The translations under genes were made by a program, and so were the position numbers. A model generated the notes under the pieces. That model was not told the origin of the DNA. It ran no database searches and saw only the letters and a program-made list of their open reading frames with translations. Positions 48,535-61,697 of a stretch of 64,000 bases of DNA are shown here, in pieces; within the stretch, counting starts at the first letter, position 1; the number at the start of each line of letters is the position of its first letter. The stretch is from Yuukianura sp. NJ FZ-2021 (taxonomy: Eukaryota): positions 7,130,001-7,194,000 of the forward strand of contig CM102285.1 of the NCBI GenBank assembly GCA_046563655.1. Reading direction: 5' to 3'.

Positions 48535-51426
48535 CAAGCATAGGTCTTCTGGAGGGTGTTGACAATTGATACGACTTTTAGATCCGCCGGCCGCAAAACC
48601 GTGTAACAATAAGGTGAGAAACCGTTTTTATGGAATTGATGCTCTAAAAGGTCGTTAAAAATTTTCAGTGCGAATGTGAGATGTTATTTTGTGCATGAAT
48701 TGCACTAAAATTGTCTTGGCAATTTTACAGTTTAATTGCACCAAAGTCATGATTTGGTTTTGAGGCTCACAATACCTCCACTGAATTGATGTTGTTAATT
48801 TCTTGAGCAAAATACACACTGTATTTTCGATTGTTGGCATGGCAATACATTATACATAACAGCGTTAATTTAACTGCATCATAATGTTGTTCAAATTGGG
48901 CTCAGATTTCACTCTGCTCAAAATTATTTTGATGCACAATCGTTCTCAAGCATGCACAAACTTTCAGTTGTGTGCATGCATCACAATTCAACGTTTATGT
49001 ATCCCAGTTGGTCATAACTGTGCAACATGCACAAAAATGAACGCTAGAGTGAGGGGTCGAATATGGCTTGTAAAAATCCAAATTATAAAAATTTCTAGTA
49101 ACTGCAGATTTGCCCCTGTCATGCACTATTCACATATTAAACATTTAAGCCGGATTTTATACCCTCTGATCAGTCTTAATTTAACAACGCAAATAAACAT
49201 ACTATGAGAAAATGACAGAGTCAAAACTTCGTTGTTTAAATATATTTTGAGTGTAATCGAAACCAAAACAGCATTGCGGAGCCACGATACTGCGGGTACG
49301 TAAAGTAGCCGCCCACTTCTACGTTGTTAAGATAACACTTTGAGTGGAATGTAAACATAATGAAAACACTTGAGCGATACAGAACCCCCGGTCAAAAATG
49401 GGGCTAATGTTTCAGTGCAAAAAGTCTTAAAAAGTGTGACGGACGGACGGACAAAGTCGTATCAATAGTCTTCTTCAGCACGTCGTGCGTCTCCAGAAGA
49501 CTAAAACAAGATAGGGCAATGCTCAAGGGTTGAGCATAGGTCTTAGACTTAGACTTTTAGACCAGCTGTCCACAACCCCGTTGAAGAAAAACGTTAAGAG
49601 ACCGTTTTCACGAGATTTATGCAACTAAACGTCGCTCAAAATTTTCAGTGCAGATGTGGGCCGTTTGTGCACAATTGCACCAAAATATGGAAAAACCGTT
49701 TGCATAAGAATGTTGTTCAGCTTTAACCCTGAACAGTTCTCAAAATTATTTTGAACCACAAAATTTTTGCATCAAATTGTTCTCAAGTATGAACAAAATT
49801 AGAATTCCATTAAATCTGTTCATATAAATGCACAATTATTGGAATGTAATCACCGTTATGCACAAACCACAAATGTATGCACAAATGTTGAAATAACAAC
49901 GTTCATTATCCAGCGTCAAAATAACTGCGCAATTTTACATTTGTGCATCTACTTATAACTGTGCACAAAATTAAAAGTTGAGAGGCGGGTGTCAATTATA
50001 GCTTTCTTAACAATCAAAATACATGCACCATGTGTTAAATCATGTTCATAAGTAACAGCGTCATATATCAATTGTTTAAAATCAAAATTTTCTAGTAAAT
50101 GCAACTTTGACCCCTGTTGTGCACCATTCACATATTAAACATTTAAACCGTATTTTCCACCCTCTGATCAGTCTTAACTTAACAACGTAATTAAACATAA
50201 TGCCAGAAAATGACCAGATCAAAAATCCGTTGTTTACAAATATTTTGAGTACAATCGAAACCAAAACAGTTTTGCGGAGCCACGATACTGCGGGTACGTA
50301 AAGTAGCCGCCCACTTCTACGTTGTTAATGTACGAGTTTGAGTGCAACGGAGAGGTACTGAAAAACTTGAGCTATAGATAACCCACCGACTGCGATGGGG
50401 CTTATTTTTCAGTGGAAAGGGTACTAAAAAACGTTACGGACGGACAGACAGACAAACATACAGACAGACAGACAGACAGACAGACAAAGTCGTATCAATA
50501 GTCTTCTTCAGCACGTCGTAGACGTGCGTCTTCAGAAGACTAAAACGAAAAGCAGGTTGTTGTGAATGCGACTCAATTTTCATGAAAATCGGTGGTTTCT
50601 GAAAGAAGTGGCCACCCGTCTAGTGGTGGCTGAAATATTTTAGCCACGCCCAAGATATCGAATGTATTTGGCCTGGAAGTATGTACAAGCAAATGCTGCG
50701 GTTGTTGTGAATGTGAGTCAATTTTTAGGAAAATGAGCAGTTTTTGTCCTGAAAGAAGTGGCCACCCGTCTAGTGGTGGCTGAAATATTTTAGCCACGCC
50801 CAAGATATCGAATGTATTTGGCCTGGACGTATGTACAAGCAAATGCTGCGGTTGTTGTGAATGCGACGCAATTTTCATGAAAATCGGTGGTTTCTGAAAG
50901 AAGTGGCCACCCGTCTAGTGGTGGCTGAAATATTTTAGACACGCCCAAGATATCGAATGTATTTGGCCTGGAAGTATGTACAAGCAAATGCTGCGGTTAT
51001 TGTGAATGTGACTCAATTTTTAGGAAAATGAGCAGTTTTTGTCCTGAAAGAAGTAGCCACCAGTCTAGTGGTGGCTGAAATATTTTAGCCGTCTAACCAG
51101 GCTTAATTTAACAACTAAACTAACTGTCAGAAAATGACCAGATCAAGACTTCGTTGTTAAAAAATATTTTGAGTGTAATGCAGACCTAATACAAGTATCG
51201 AGGACCTAAGAAGCAGCAATGCAGAAGTGACCGGCCATTCACACGTTGTTAATATAACCACTTTGAGTGGAATGTAGACCTACTAAAACTCTTGAGCCAT
51301 ACATAACCCCCCGACTGCGATGGGGCTTATGTTTCAGTGGAAAGGGTCCTAAAAAACGTTACGGACAGACAAAGTCGTATCAATAGTCTTCTTCAACACG
51401 TCGTAGACGTGCGTCTCCAGAAGACT
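48535..51426 (-). mobile_element. Three head-to-tail DINE-1/HINE-type (non-autonomous Helentron) copies: ~48535-49502, 49507-50541, ~50546-51426
   Basis: Each ends in (GGAC/GACA)n-AAAGTCGTATCAATAGTCTTCTTCA..CT(C/T)CAGAAGACT-AAAA. SubTIR GGTCTTCTGGAG at 48543. Stem-loop ATGCTCAA-GGG-TTGAGCAT at 49519-49537. Junctions lie in A/T runs with no TSD. Confidence 0.8.
50555..51090 (+). repeat. Satellite with alternating 145/150-bp units inside HINE copy 3
   Basis: Unit starts GGTT(G/A)TTGTGAATG at 50555, 50700, 50850 and 50995. Variants alternate A/B/A/B. Confidence 0.9.
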
Positions 51427-54400
51427 AAAAAGAAGTACAAACATTTCTGTTTACTATTTTTTTGGTAAGTCCACCTCTTTTTATACAATTGAGTTAGTAG
51501 AATTGCAGTTTTCGTTTTGACCAATAACCATTTCGAACACAGTGTGAAATCTCGTAAAATAGCACAACGCGAACATTCGAACGCAGTGAAAGTGGAGGGT
51601 TTAGTATGCGCCAAATAACATGGTGTTGCATTACAGATAACAGTAATTGTGAAAATAGCATTGTCAACCTCATATAAAAGTAAACTTTTATTATTTCACC
51701 ATCTAAAAGTCTAACTTAATGACCATTTTCAAATCTCATCTTTAGAATTTCAAACCCAAAATTTTTTCAAACCTAACATAGCTAAGCCAATCTCGTTCTG
51801 CCATTGTGTTTGGATCCAAAAGCTGAACTCTTTAGCAGGCAGCAGTAAGAATTTTATGGTCCATTTTTTTTTCTTTGGCTTCAACATTTTATGAGGATTG
51901 TAACGTGGAGAAAAACATTTTTGGTGGAATTGATAACTGAGATTAAATTCACACTTTCCTTTTGGTTGTTACATGTGAAAGTAAAAGTGGAGCTAGATTA
52001 TGACTTATAAATTATTTTCTGAGTCACGGAATTGGGCTCATCTTCTTGGCCAGTCGTGTTTCAGTGCAGTGCGCATTGCGCAGATCAAAAATTTGAATTG
52101 GCGTGACCACCACTCATGCCACGTCACGAAACACTATTAGAAACATTAGAAATTTTACCTTCCGGACTACTACCTTCCCAATCATAGCATCGAAGAATAC
52201 AATTGGTCATCCTAAATGTCAGTGTGATATCAAATATGTATAATTATTTGAGTTTTAGGTTTTAAGTTATTTAAGAATCACATTTCATTTATACTTTTTA
52301 GGATAACGAAATGAAAAGTAGACTTTCCGTGCCCCTGATTTAGTGTTTCATTTTAGTTGATTTTCAATTCTAAAACTTTGCTCTTATCGCTTTCACTTCT
52401 AGCGAGGGAGAAAGTAAACAAGACAACGCAACGCCCTGAATACAAAATTAAATCAAACAGAAGGGAAAATCCGAGAGAACACTTCCTTCATTTTGAAACA
52501 GAATAGTTACTTTTACTTCTGAAGGGACGTGGAAAGTTCTTTTGGATTTGGAATCTCCTGTTAGGAATTTAGCATAAGAAACACGTAGTATCCATTTCCT
52601 TGAAAAAAGTTTTGTAGTAGTAGTAGTCATTTCTCATCCTCTCACCATAAGATTACATAGATCAACCTATGATACTTTGTTGGTTGAAATTTTAAAATCC
52701 CAGGTAAAACTGGAGATTCCTGTTTCTACATTCCTGCAGTTTCCACTTCCTTGGAATTTGACACACACTTTTTAAATTTACAATTCTTCACACGTCTGAA
52801 TTCTTTTCTTCACACGCTTTCCCTTTTTTATAGAAAAGAAAAGACATGCAAAACAATCCAAAAAAAAACATTTCCAAATATTGCTGAAGACAAAAATTAA
52901 AAATATAAAAACCTTAGCATGGCAAAAAGGAAACAGTTAAAATTATTCCTATTAATTCCTGAAATTTGAGAAATAAAATCAGACAACGCTTTGTAAGTGT
53001 CGCCAGACATATGTCAGGCTCAGGATTTTGTCTGTCCGGCCTTTCGCCGTCTGTATATTTTGCTAATTACTCGAGAGTCACTAATTGAACTTCCAACCGG
53101 TTTTCGATAGTGAGTAGCTGCTGACATGATGACAAAGAATTGAATTTTCAATTGATATCAGACTTTTAAGTGTCACAAGCAAAGGTAATCGTTTTGTAAG
53201 CAATTCGGAATTTGATGACGTGGGGACAAAAATAAGTTTCTTTTTTTAAACTTTGACTGACCTTTAACATTGTGAAATGTCAAGGTTATTTTTTACAATC
53301 GAAAACAAATGAACCGATTCGGAATTCCGGGCGTTGGATGGTTGATGATACGGAGGGCTTTACAAACAAGCAACAACCGGGATGGTTCTTGCTTGGTTGT
53401 AAATAACAGGGTCAGAGGTCAATCTCAAATAATATTTTGCACGGGAGTTTTCAAAAGTTGACCTAACGATACCTACTTGCTGTCACTTTAGAAGGATTAT
53501 TCTTATCGAAGGTTAAAATTTTTGAAGAATTGAAAATTCAAGTGCACAAGGATGTAAAGAAACGGTCAAAAGTATTTGAAGCTCTCCAAATCCTGAGAAT
53601 AAAAAACCCGATCTTTCGTTCGTTCCTTGAGAAGCTTTTCTTCCTTTTGGCTTTTACCTGCCTTGCTTCTCATGGTCTAAAACTTTTTAAAATTTGACCT
53701 CCTGAAATAATTAGTTAACGTTTGAATTTGTTCGAAGGGGTAACCCTGCTAATTAGTTTCTTTTCCCTTGCATATAGAGGGTAACGTAGCAATTAAGAAT
53801 CGCAACGGTTCAAGTAACAACTTTGCTGTCAGCTACTTTTGCCTACTACGTAGATCAATCAGATAAAGCAGAATTTCGGATTTTACTTTTGAGAATTGTA
53901 CACAAAAGATTGAAAGGGGAGATGAACGTGAAGAATGAAATAACCTTGACATTCGACCAAATGATTTAATTTGCCATGTTAAACTGGCTCATGCGTGACT
54001 TAGAATCACATGCTAAGAATTTTAAAAGAATGGACTTAACAACAATAATAATTTAATGAAGTGAAAGAATCAATTGAATTTGATTGTACCTATAGTTTAC
54101 AAAGGAAAGTTTAAGGGTGAGTTTTTGTATTTTGAAAGTAAGAAAAGTGTAACGAAGTTTGTAGTAGAAATTGGTTTTGAATTTTTTAAGTTCTTGCCTT
54201 TCTGAAAAGGAAACTCAATTCTTCTTTTCTTTGAGCGTGAAGGAAAAGTTTCAAATGGGAATTTGCATTTGAAGCCTAGAATGAACAGGAAATCCAGACA
54301 ATTGAATCGGACTTGAGCAAGACTCACAGAAACTCAACGGAGGGAGAAGGAAAAAACGGAGAAAGTTTGCCCCAGAAAAAGTTATACCTTCAAAATGCAA

Positions 54401-55214
54401 CATGTGAATACTTTTACGAAATGTCTGCTAAAAAGTACTGAGAAAAGTTTCATTTTTTTGTTCCGCCTCCTTCACACCCGAAAATATTTTCGACGTCGGA
54501 GATTTTCTTAGAAAAACACATCCTTAAAAGTTAGCGTGCCAAGCAATTGAGTTTGCAATTGAAGAAGTAAAAACTGGAGAGATCCTGTTTCTACATTTCT
54601 AACACTTTCCACTATTTTGAACTTTGACACACAAGTCTTAAATTTACAATTCTCTGCACGTCCAAATTCACACGGTTTCCATTTCTTATGAGAAAAAACG
54701 ACAAAGGAAACAATCCCAACGAACAGTATTGTCAATATGGCACATAGATTAAAATCAAAATTATATAAACCTTACCACCGACATAAAAAAAAATAAGGAA
54801 CACTCAATTCCTGAAAGAGAAAGGCACAAAGTTTGCTTGGTGGTATTTGGATGAAATTTTTGCCAGTTGTAAGGGTCTATAATAGCATCATGGCTGCAAA
54901 TTTTCAGTCCCATAGGAACAATGGGTGACGTGCATGCACTAATGGTGACTTTAATTATAAACCACATGTCGCAATCGACCAATTCCGACAGCGGCATGTG
55001 ATACGCAATAACTTTGTTACCTAACGTCGTAGATAGTGACATTATGTACATTTTCTGAATCAGGAGGTCAAGCCCGTTCCAACGATATGCCATTTGCATG
55101 GGTTCATCGTAGGGTCATAATGTGACATTTGACCCCGTCATCAATTTGTGACACCGTCATCCGTGACCCCTTGTTTCTACGGGACTGAAAATTTGCAAAA
55201 ATGATGCTATTATA

Positions 55215-55910
55215 CAGGGTGTACCACCAGAAAGGAAACGCTCGAAAACTAATTTCTTTGTTTATTTGATCGAATATGAGGGGGAAACCGTAGCAAATAT
55301 TAGGAAAAAAACCTAAACATTTTTTACTGTGAACCAGACCGTGCTAAGTCCCTTGAGTAGAAAATTTTTTACTGTGAACCAGACCTTGCTAAGTCCGTTG
55401 AAGAGAAAATTTTTTACTGTGAACCAGACCTTGCTAAGTCCGTTGAAGAGAAAATTTTTTACTGTGAAATACACATTGCTAAGTCCGTTGAGTAGAAAAT
55501 TTTTTACTGTGAACCAGACCTTGCTAAGTCCGTTGAAGAGAAAATTTTTTACTGTGAAATACACATTGCTAAGTCCGTTGAGTAGAAAATTTTTTACTGT
55601 GAACCAGACCTTGCTAAGTCCGTTGAAGAGAAAATTTTTTACTGTGAAATACACATTGCTAAGTCCGTTGAGTAGAAAATTTTTTACTGTGAACCAGACC
55701 TTGCTAAGTCCCTTGAAGAGAAAAATTTTTACTGTGAACCAGACCTTGCTAAGTCCGATCGAACGATCAACGGGTCTTGCAGAAATTAAAAAAAATTTTT
55801 TTTTAATGCTCGTTATTATTGAGTACGTTTTCCCCTCCATGTTTACAAGTTTTTGTTAAGTTGCTCATAGCAACGAATTTTTGGCGTTTCCTTTCTGGTG
55901 GTACACCCTG
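55215..55910. mobile_element. Tc1/mariner-type MITE nested in the Spy-like element
   Basis: TA|CAGGGTGTACCACCAGAAAGGAAACG ... CGTTTCCTTTCTGGTGGTACACCCTG|TA. Removing it restores the right arm of the host element. Confidence 0.9.
55315..55757 (+). repeat. 45-bp minisatellite, about 10 copies, alternating variants
   Basis: Unit AAATTTTTTACTGTGAA(CCAGACC/ATACACA)TTGCTAAGTCCGTTGA(AGAG/GTAG)A. Confidence 0.92.
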
Positions 55911-58900
55911 TAGACGTTAACAACTAGTAAAAATTTCATTTAAATACCACCAAGCAAACTTTCTTATGGGCTTTATATGTGGCTATTCTATGGAGCCTTT
56001 CTCTTTCGAAATAAAATCGAATATAAATCGAAAAATCAAAAAATCAAAAATAAATACGAAAGTACTACTTATAAGCATCGTTCCGTCCGACTGTTCCCCT
56101 ATGTAATGCTTTTAACTGGAGCACCAATATATCGAATTCCAAACGGTTTTCCTTAATTATTAAAAAAAAATGGTATACTAGCTGCTGACGTGAGGACAAA
56201 AACTCCGACTTCCGACTTTTAACTTTCCTAGGTCAAGGTCATTATCGGCAATGCAACTTCGACAAAGGATGGACAGTTTCAAAAGCGGTTTGCTGGGATC
56301 TGAATTTGAGGACGCAGCGACTGAGATTGTGGTTTCTTTTAAAATTGAGTGAACTTTAACAGCGCCAAAGGTCAAAATCGTTTTTGCTATCGGAAGCGAA
56401 TGGAACGATTCGGAAGCAGTTTGAGCGGAGGCATCGTTGATGCTACGGAGGGCTGAGATCCCGATCGCTGTTGCCTCAAACGAGCTATAACAAGATCAGA
56501 GGTCAAGGTTGGCCAAGGTCATCAATATTTCGAACGTGAATTTTCAAAAAATGATCTGACGATACGTACTTATGTCACGGTTTCAAGAAGTTTATTTTTT
56601 AGATTGAAAATTCAACTGCAAGAAAACGCTTAAATTTCTTTTAAGTTTTACAATTGCTTAGAAGCTAAAACCGATAATAGATAACTTCGGTTTTCTGACG
56701 GTGACGGTGTATTTGTGCTTCAAGTTTCAATCCACATCAGACGGTTTTCAGACGGTTCGAAAATATTCTTCACGTAGGAGATTTTGTTTTTAAAAAAACA
56801 AAAGGAAATTTAGTCTCTCAAGCAATTGCGTATTCTTGAAATGAAATGTCGAATTTTAAAAAAATTGACTGTTGGTTCGGTTTTTAATGCATATGCAGTT
56901 TTAAAAAAGAATCAAAATTTGAATTCGCTAGAGAAGTAAGTCAATCCCCAAGAGACGGGCGTTAATAATTCCAATTCGAGAGCAGAAAATTGGATGATAC
57001 TTTCCTTGTGCTGGTTCCTACGCCTATTCCCAAAAAAACGGAGAAAGGGAAAGAGATATGTTAGGCTTATGTTAATAGGATTTCTGGAACCAAAAGAAAT
57101 TGCTTTCAGCCTTCCTCCCAACTTAGCATGTCGCAACAGAGAACGCTAGCATAAGAGACATATTGCTTTCACTTGTTAAACAGAACACCAGCCAAAAATA
57201 CGCAACATTGTCAGAAACTCAACTTCAAAAAAACAGCTCCGTTTTTATTTATTTCTTCCACGCCCGAGCTTACTATAACTCTGCCGAGCTCCAAAAACAT
57301 TCTACGCTAACCAGTCTATTCTGAAGACTGGGCTTGAAGCCGGCTTCGCTGAAGATGGGTCCATTCTAAATGGAATTCGGCTACTGATCTTATGAGGAAC
57401 TCATCGACTTCATAAACTAAATCACCTAACTCAGTCTCACGAACTGAGTAACATAAATCATGAAAGTCTATTTGTCTTGGTTCTGAGGACAGAGGTCCTA
57501 ACATATAATAATAATTTGTGTAATTTTGAATTTCTAAGCTACGATTTCACGAAGTGCGCCTGCGAGTGACTGGCAATATGCCGTCCGTTACGTCATGAAC
57601 ATACTGAAATACTAACTTTCGCCAAACGGCACATTAAGGAAGTTATGTATGATAAGTAACGAAAAGTTAGTTCAAAGTGGTTAGGTTAATGAATGGTTTG
57701 TAAAATCTTAAATTGAAAGTGCAGGCAGCTTAAGGACGAAGACGAGGCAAATTAATGGTGAACGGATACTGGAGCTATTAGCTACTCTAAAAGGTTTCTG
57801 TCGTCGACTAAGCAGCCAAAAGTCATAAAACTCGGAAGAAAGTGGAGAAAGCACCACACGACGCAGAGGAAAACCGTGATCTGCCAGTTTGGGAAATGGA
57901 CTTGAACTCCGTCCATAATCCCTAACGCACGATGTGCATCTTTACTCTCGATTTGACCACAGGCAGAAGCAGTGCGAGGAAACAAAGATTAAGGGCTACC
58001 ATAATATCGAAAACCCACCATTCCACAGAAAGAAAAACACAGGGAATTTCAACAACAGAATCTCCATGCCTCGAGGCATGCTTTTGGATTATTAACAACG
58101 ACTCATCAGAAGAATGCTGTGTCAAATAAAATCATGGATCTTCTGATGTGACAACTGTCGTAGGAGATATTTTGCTAACTCAAGAGTTAGTAGGTATGGT
58201 TATGTGAGGTTTAGCTTCGCGGATTGTGGTGGTTGCCGATCACTACTCCTTGAAGCAGTCCATTAAGCAAAAAATACTCATTCAATCTGATTTGCTTATC
58301 GGAATACGGACGACCTCCGTAAAATGATAGCATTCCGATTACCATAATGTGTACTTGCTCATAAAGGACAAAAAATAACGCTGTTTCTAAAGGGGTATTG
58401 GGTGAAATATTCCATTTAAGTGAATGCTCACCGTGAGTCAGTCACCTAATTATAGGTGACTGCTCCCCCCAATAAACATACAACAACATATGTGAGGTTT
58501 AATTTTTAAATATTTCTAACCTAATTAGGAAATATTTTTCGTTGTATTTGGTAGCGAGGGATAAGTCTTTTTCAACTATCAGGAATGACGAAAGTGTAAC
58601 ATAAGGCACTTAAGGGATTAAATGTCATCTGACTGAGGCATTTCATATTGAACAGTGAGTTTGTCAGGTCACAAGGGGTTTTAGGCTTCGTAAAAAAATC
58701 GGAGGAAGATTTGAATTTGTGGAAAAATGGCAGAATGCCAAGAAAAGAACAAAGACGAATAAGGTACTTCGTGGTCATTCTCATCCATTATTTTACAAAA
58801 AGACTCGTGGCCATTTTGGTACGCAAATTCGTTTTGGTTTCTGAAATCATAAAACCACTTTCAGGAAAAAAGTGGTTGATTTTGGTATTATTATTTTGCG

Positions 58901-59567
58901 TATTGGTACGCAAATTGGCGTTGCAGTTGAATCTAGAACCAGTGCCCACAAAACAAAGGGCACAAAACATTGTCTTTTAACTAAAAAGTTTTTTTTTGAA
59001 AGTTTGAGCAAGAATTCAGAATTTTGATTCGGTAATTCCGCTTTCTTGGAAAAGCAAATGGCTACATGCAAGCTAAAGTAAAAGCTGAGTTTCGTGAAAA
59101 GTGAAAGCTGACTTCCCTTTTCATCGCCCTCACGTCCTCAGCACAGTGAAAGTTACTTTGTAGACTTTGCAGAAAGATCTCATAAGATGTGGAGACGTCC
59201 CAAGTTTGCATGGAACAGAAGAAATGTTGTACCTTGTGCGCCTGCTTCCGCAATGTACACAGTATAGGTCACATCAGACATCCTTCCAGGAAACTTCAGC
59301 TTCCAGTTCACTTCCAACCAGCAGAAAGTACTCTTAACGCCACTTCAGTCATAGTCAAAATCTCCCGCTTTAATTTTTTTTTACAATTTGTAAAAGTTTG
59401 TTAGGATTAAAAAAAACTTATACCCCCTTATATGTACTAATTTGTAGGTTTTATTTAAACTAAAGGGTGAAAGTTTTGAAGTAACTATTTTAAGCTTGCA
59501 GAAGTGCACACTTGTTGACAAAACGGTGCGAAAACAAAGCTCTAATGTGCTGAGCTTTGTTTTCAAA

Positions 59568-60996
59568 ATGAGCAGTAAAATGGGAGTGTTGTTTTCCGGA
59601 ATCGCAATTATCATTGTTCTTCATTTCAGTAAGTTACAAATGAGTAGCCATCATTTCTGGTACGACCTTAACCTAATGTAACCATTTTTGCAGAACCTAA
59701 CGTTGCATCCCCAGCATTTTTCACATCGGATAATGGTTATGGTTTGTAATATTTCATTCACAATCTCCTTTAGACCTCGCAACAGGCATCAGTATGCGGA
59801 ACGTGTCCATTCCGCATTATGCGGTCACTAACGGCACGGTTGAGTTGACCTGTGACTTTGACCTCGAGTCAGACAAACTCCTCAACCTCAAATGGTACAA
59901 GGATGAAGCCGAGTTCTTTAGCTACGCGGGCAACTCCTTCCAACTTTCTCCTGTTGAGGGAATTCATATTGATGTAAAAACTTAAAATGACCAATTTTTC
60001 CCTTTTATAAAAAAAAAAGCTAACAAATCGTTATTTAAATTATTTGTTAGGTACAGCATACTTCCCAGAAACTGGTGACGCTCAAAAACATAAGTCTCAG
60101 TACTAGTGGGCTGTACCGATGCGAAGTGTTAGCAGACAAGACTTTTCAGCGGCTGACCCGCCAAGGTCAAATGATAGTCGTTGCTCCGCCAGTGTCCAAT
60201 CCAGAAATCCAGGTCAAAGGTCACAGTGGAAATTACTCGCGAGTCAGCCTCGGCGACAGAATTATTGGAAACTGTACCTCCAGAAGAAGTAAACCTGCCG
60301 CGTCTCTCATGTTTTACATCAACAGTCAAAAGGTTACCCGCCATGAACACAAGTAGTTACATCCAAACTGAAAACCTTCGAATCTAAAATTTAAAACTTA
60401 AACCTCGACTCCATTTGGTGAATTATGGAAGTTTGAAAGGAGCTCCGAGCACTTTGGAACTCCAAATGGAGTGGGAAATGAGTGAAGTGAAGGCAGCCTG
60501 ATTAAACATTGCATTTCTTTTGTTCTGTATCTTCAGGCGGACTACGCTGACATTACTGAGTACATGCCTGTTAATGAGACAGGCGGGCTCGAGACGTCCA
60601 TACTCGGATTCAATTTTATCGTGGAACCGGGACGCTTTCACAGTACCTATGCAAATCGAATCCAGCTGAAATGTACCGCATCCCTCGGCAACCACTACGG
60701 AATGTCAGTGTTTGAACTACAAGAAAGTCGGATTTTGGCTCAACCTTCATCGGGTAGAGCGCAGTTTCCATCATCTTCAACTATCCAGTCACATCCCATC
60801 CCAGGTGAGAGGTTCTTTGAAATGTTTATAAAACGGAATTCACTGCTTTGAGAACATCTAAATATCTTCAGAAAAAACAGGAATTTCTGGAACTCCTGTG
60901 CTAACAATGTAACTGCAATCACATGGTGTATTTTGTGTTTCAGATTACGCCATATTCGTCTTGACCTTACTATTGTGGAAAATTCTTAAATTCTAA
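59568..60996 (+). CDS. Beat-like two-Ig-domain cell-surface protein; exons 59568-59628, 59774-59973, 60051-60332, 60537-60804, 60944-60996
   Basis: All GT-AG junctions keep frame. Signal peptide MSSKMGVLFSGIAIIIVLH. IgV: VELTCDFDLESDKLLNLKWYK...SGLYRCEV. Second Ig: GNCTSRRSKPAASLMFYIN...SILGFNF...LKCTAS. Hydrophobic tail DYAIFVLTLLLWKILKF (last exon less certain). Confidence 0.85.
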
Positions 60997-61697
60997 CTTC
61001 GAATACAAAACGAAAACAGAAATAGCAGCGTAGATCCTGCAAAATCCGGAACTTTAAACAAATTTAATGCCGCAGGTCAGAGTTGAAGTTCGGAAATTGG
61101 AGCCAATGGAGGGCCCCGAGAATGCGAAGCTTTTGAACAAAAGGAAAACTCGGTTTTCTAAAAGAGAAAGTTCGTTGAGTGAAAGTCAGGCACGGCACGT
61201 TACACTTGAGCCAAGATAATGATAACCTTTGACCTCTACATTTCACATTGCCTAAATCGGCCACTATTTTGATTTAATAAAATGATGACGCAATTTACGA
61301 CGTGAAAGGCTTATTGAAGTGAAATTTTATTTACAAAGTCTCGTTACATGAATAAGTTTTGGAGGAAGACCATTAGAGCGTAATTGAATTACAAGTTGAC
61401 ATTCATTGAGAGTGCTGTGTGCCTCCATTGAGTCCAATTTTGTCTTTCTCAAAAAGGGAAAGCACGCCGCGTTCCTTTTCAGTTTGTGTGAACACAATTG
61501 TGGTAGTAGCAGGAAATTGGTCGAAAAGGTTTGCATAGAAGTTATTTTTAAAAGGGAAAGCAAGTTCCTCGGGTTCTATTCAAATCGTCGCGCCGCACCT
61601 AACTCCCCTCTTTTTGTTACCCGCCATTCAAAAGGGGCTAGTTCCATTCAAATCTAATTGGCATTCATGTCCAGTAAAACCAGCGTCTTTTTACATA

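Larger units (their letters stand above)
54817..56003. mobile_element. Spy-like foldback element inserted at AAA|TTT without TSD
   Basis: AAA|GAGAAAGGC...GCCTTTCTC|TTT. Long imperfect inverted arms (AAGTTTGCTTGGTGGTATTT / AAATACCACCAAGCAAACTT). Empty site CCTGAAATTTGAGAAATAAAATC in the paralogous segment at 52958-52980. Confidence 0.7.

Noticed and set aside
50573..50987. Repeated ORFs HTSRPNTFDILG
   Set aside because: Translations of the 145/150-bp satellite; frame is not maintained between units.
55313..55859. Long repetitive ORFs on both strands (175/176 aa) and a CRISPR-like look
   Set aside because: Products of a 45-bp (multiple of 3) minisatellite inside a MITE. No unique spacers, no cas genes, eukaryotic context.
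57782..58129. GC-richer, coding-looking stretch
   Set aside because: Stops in all frames and no family recognised.
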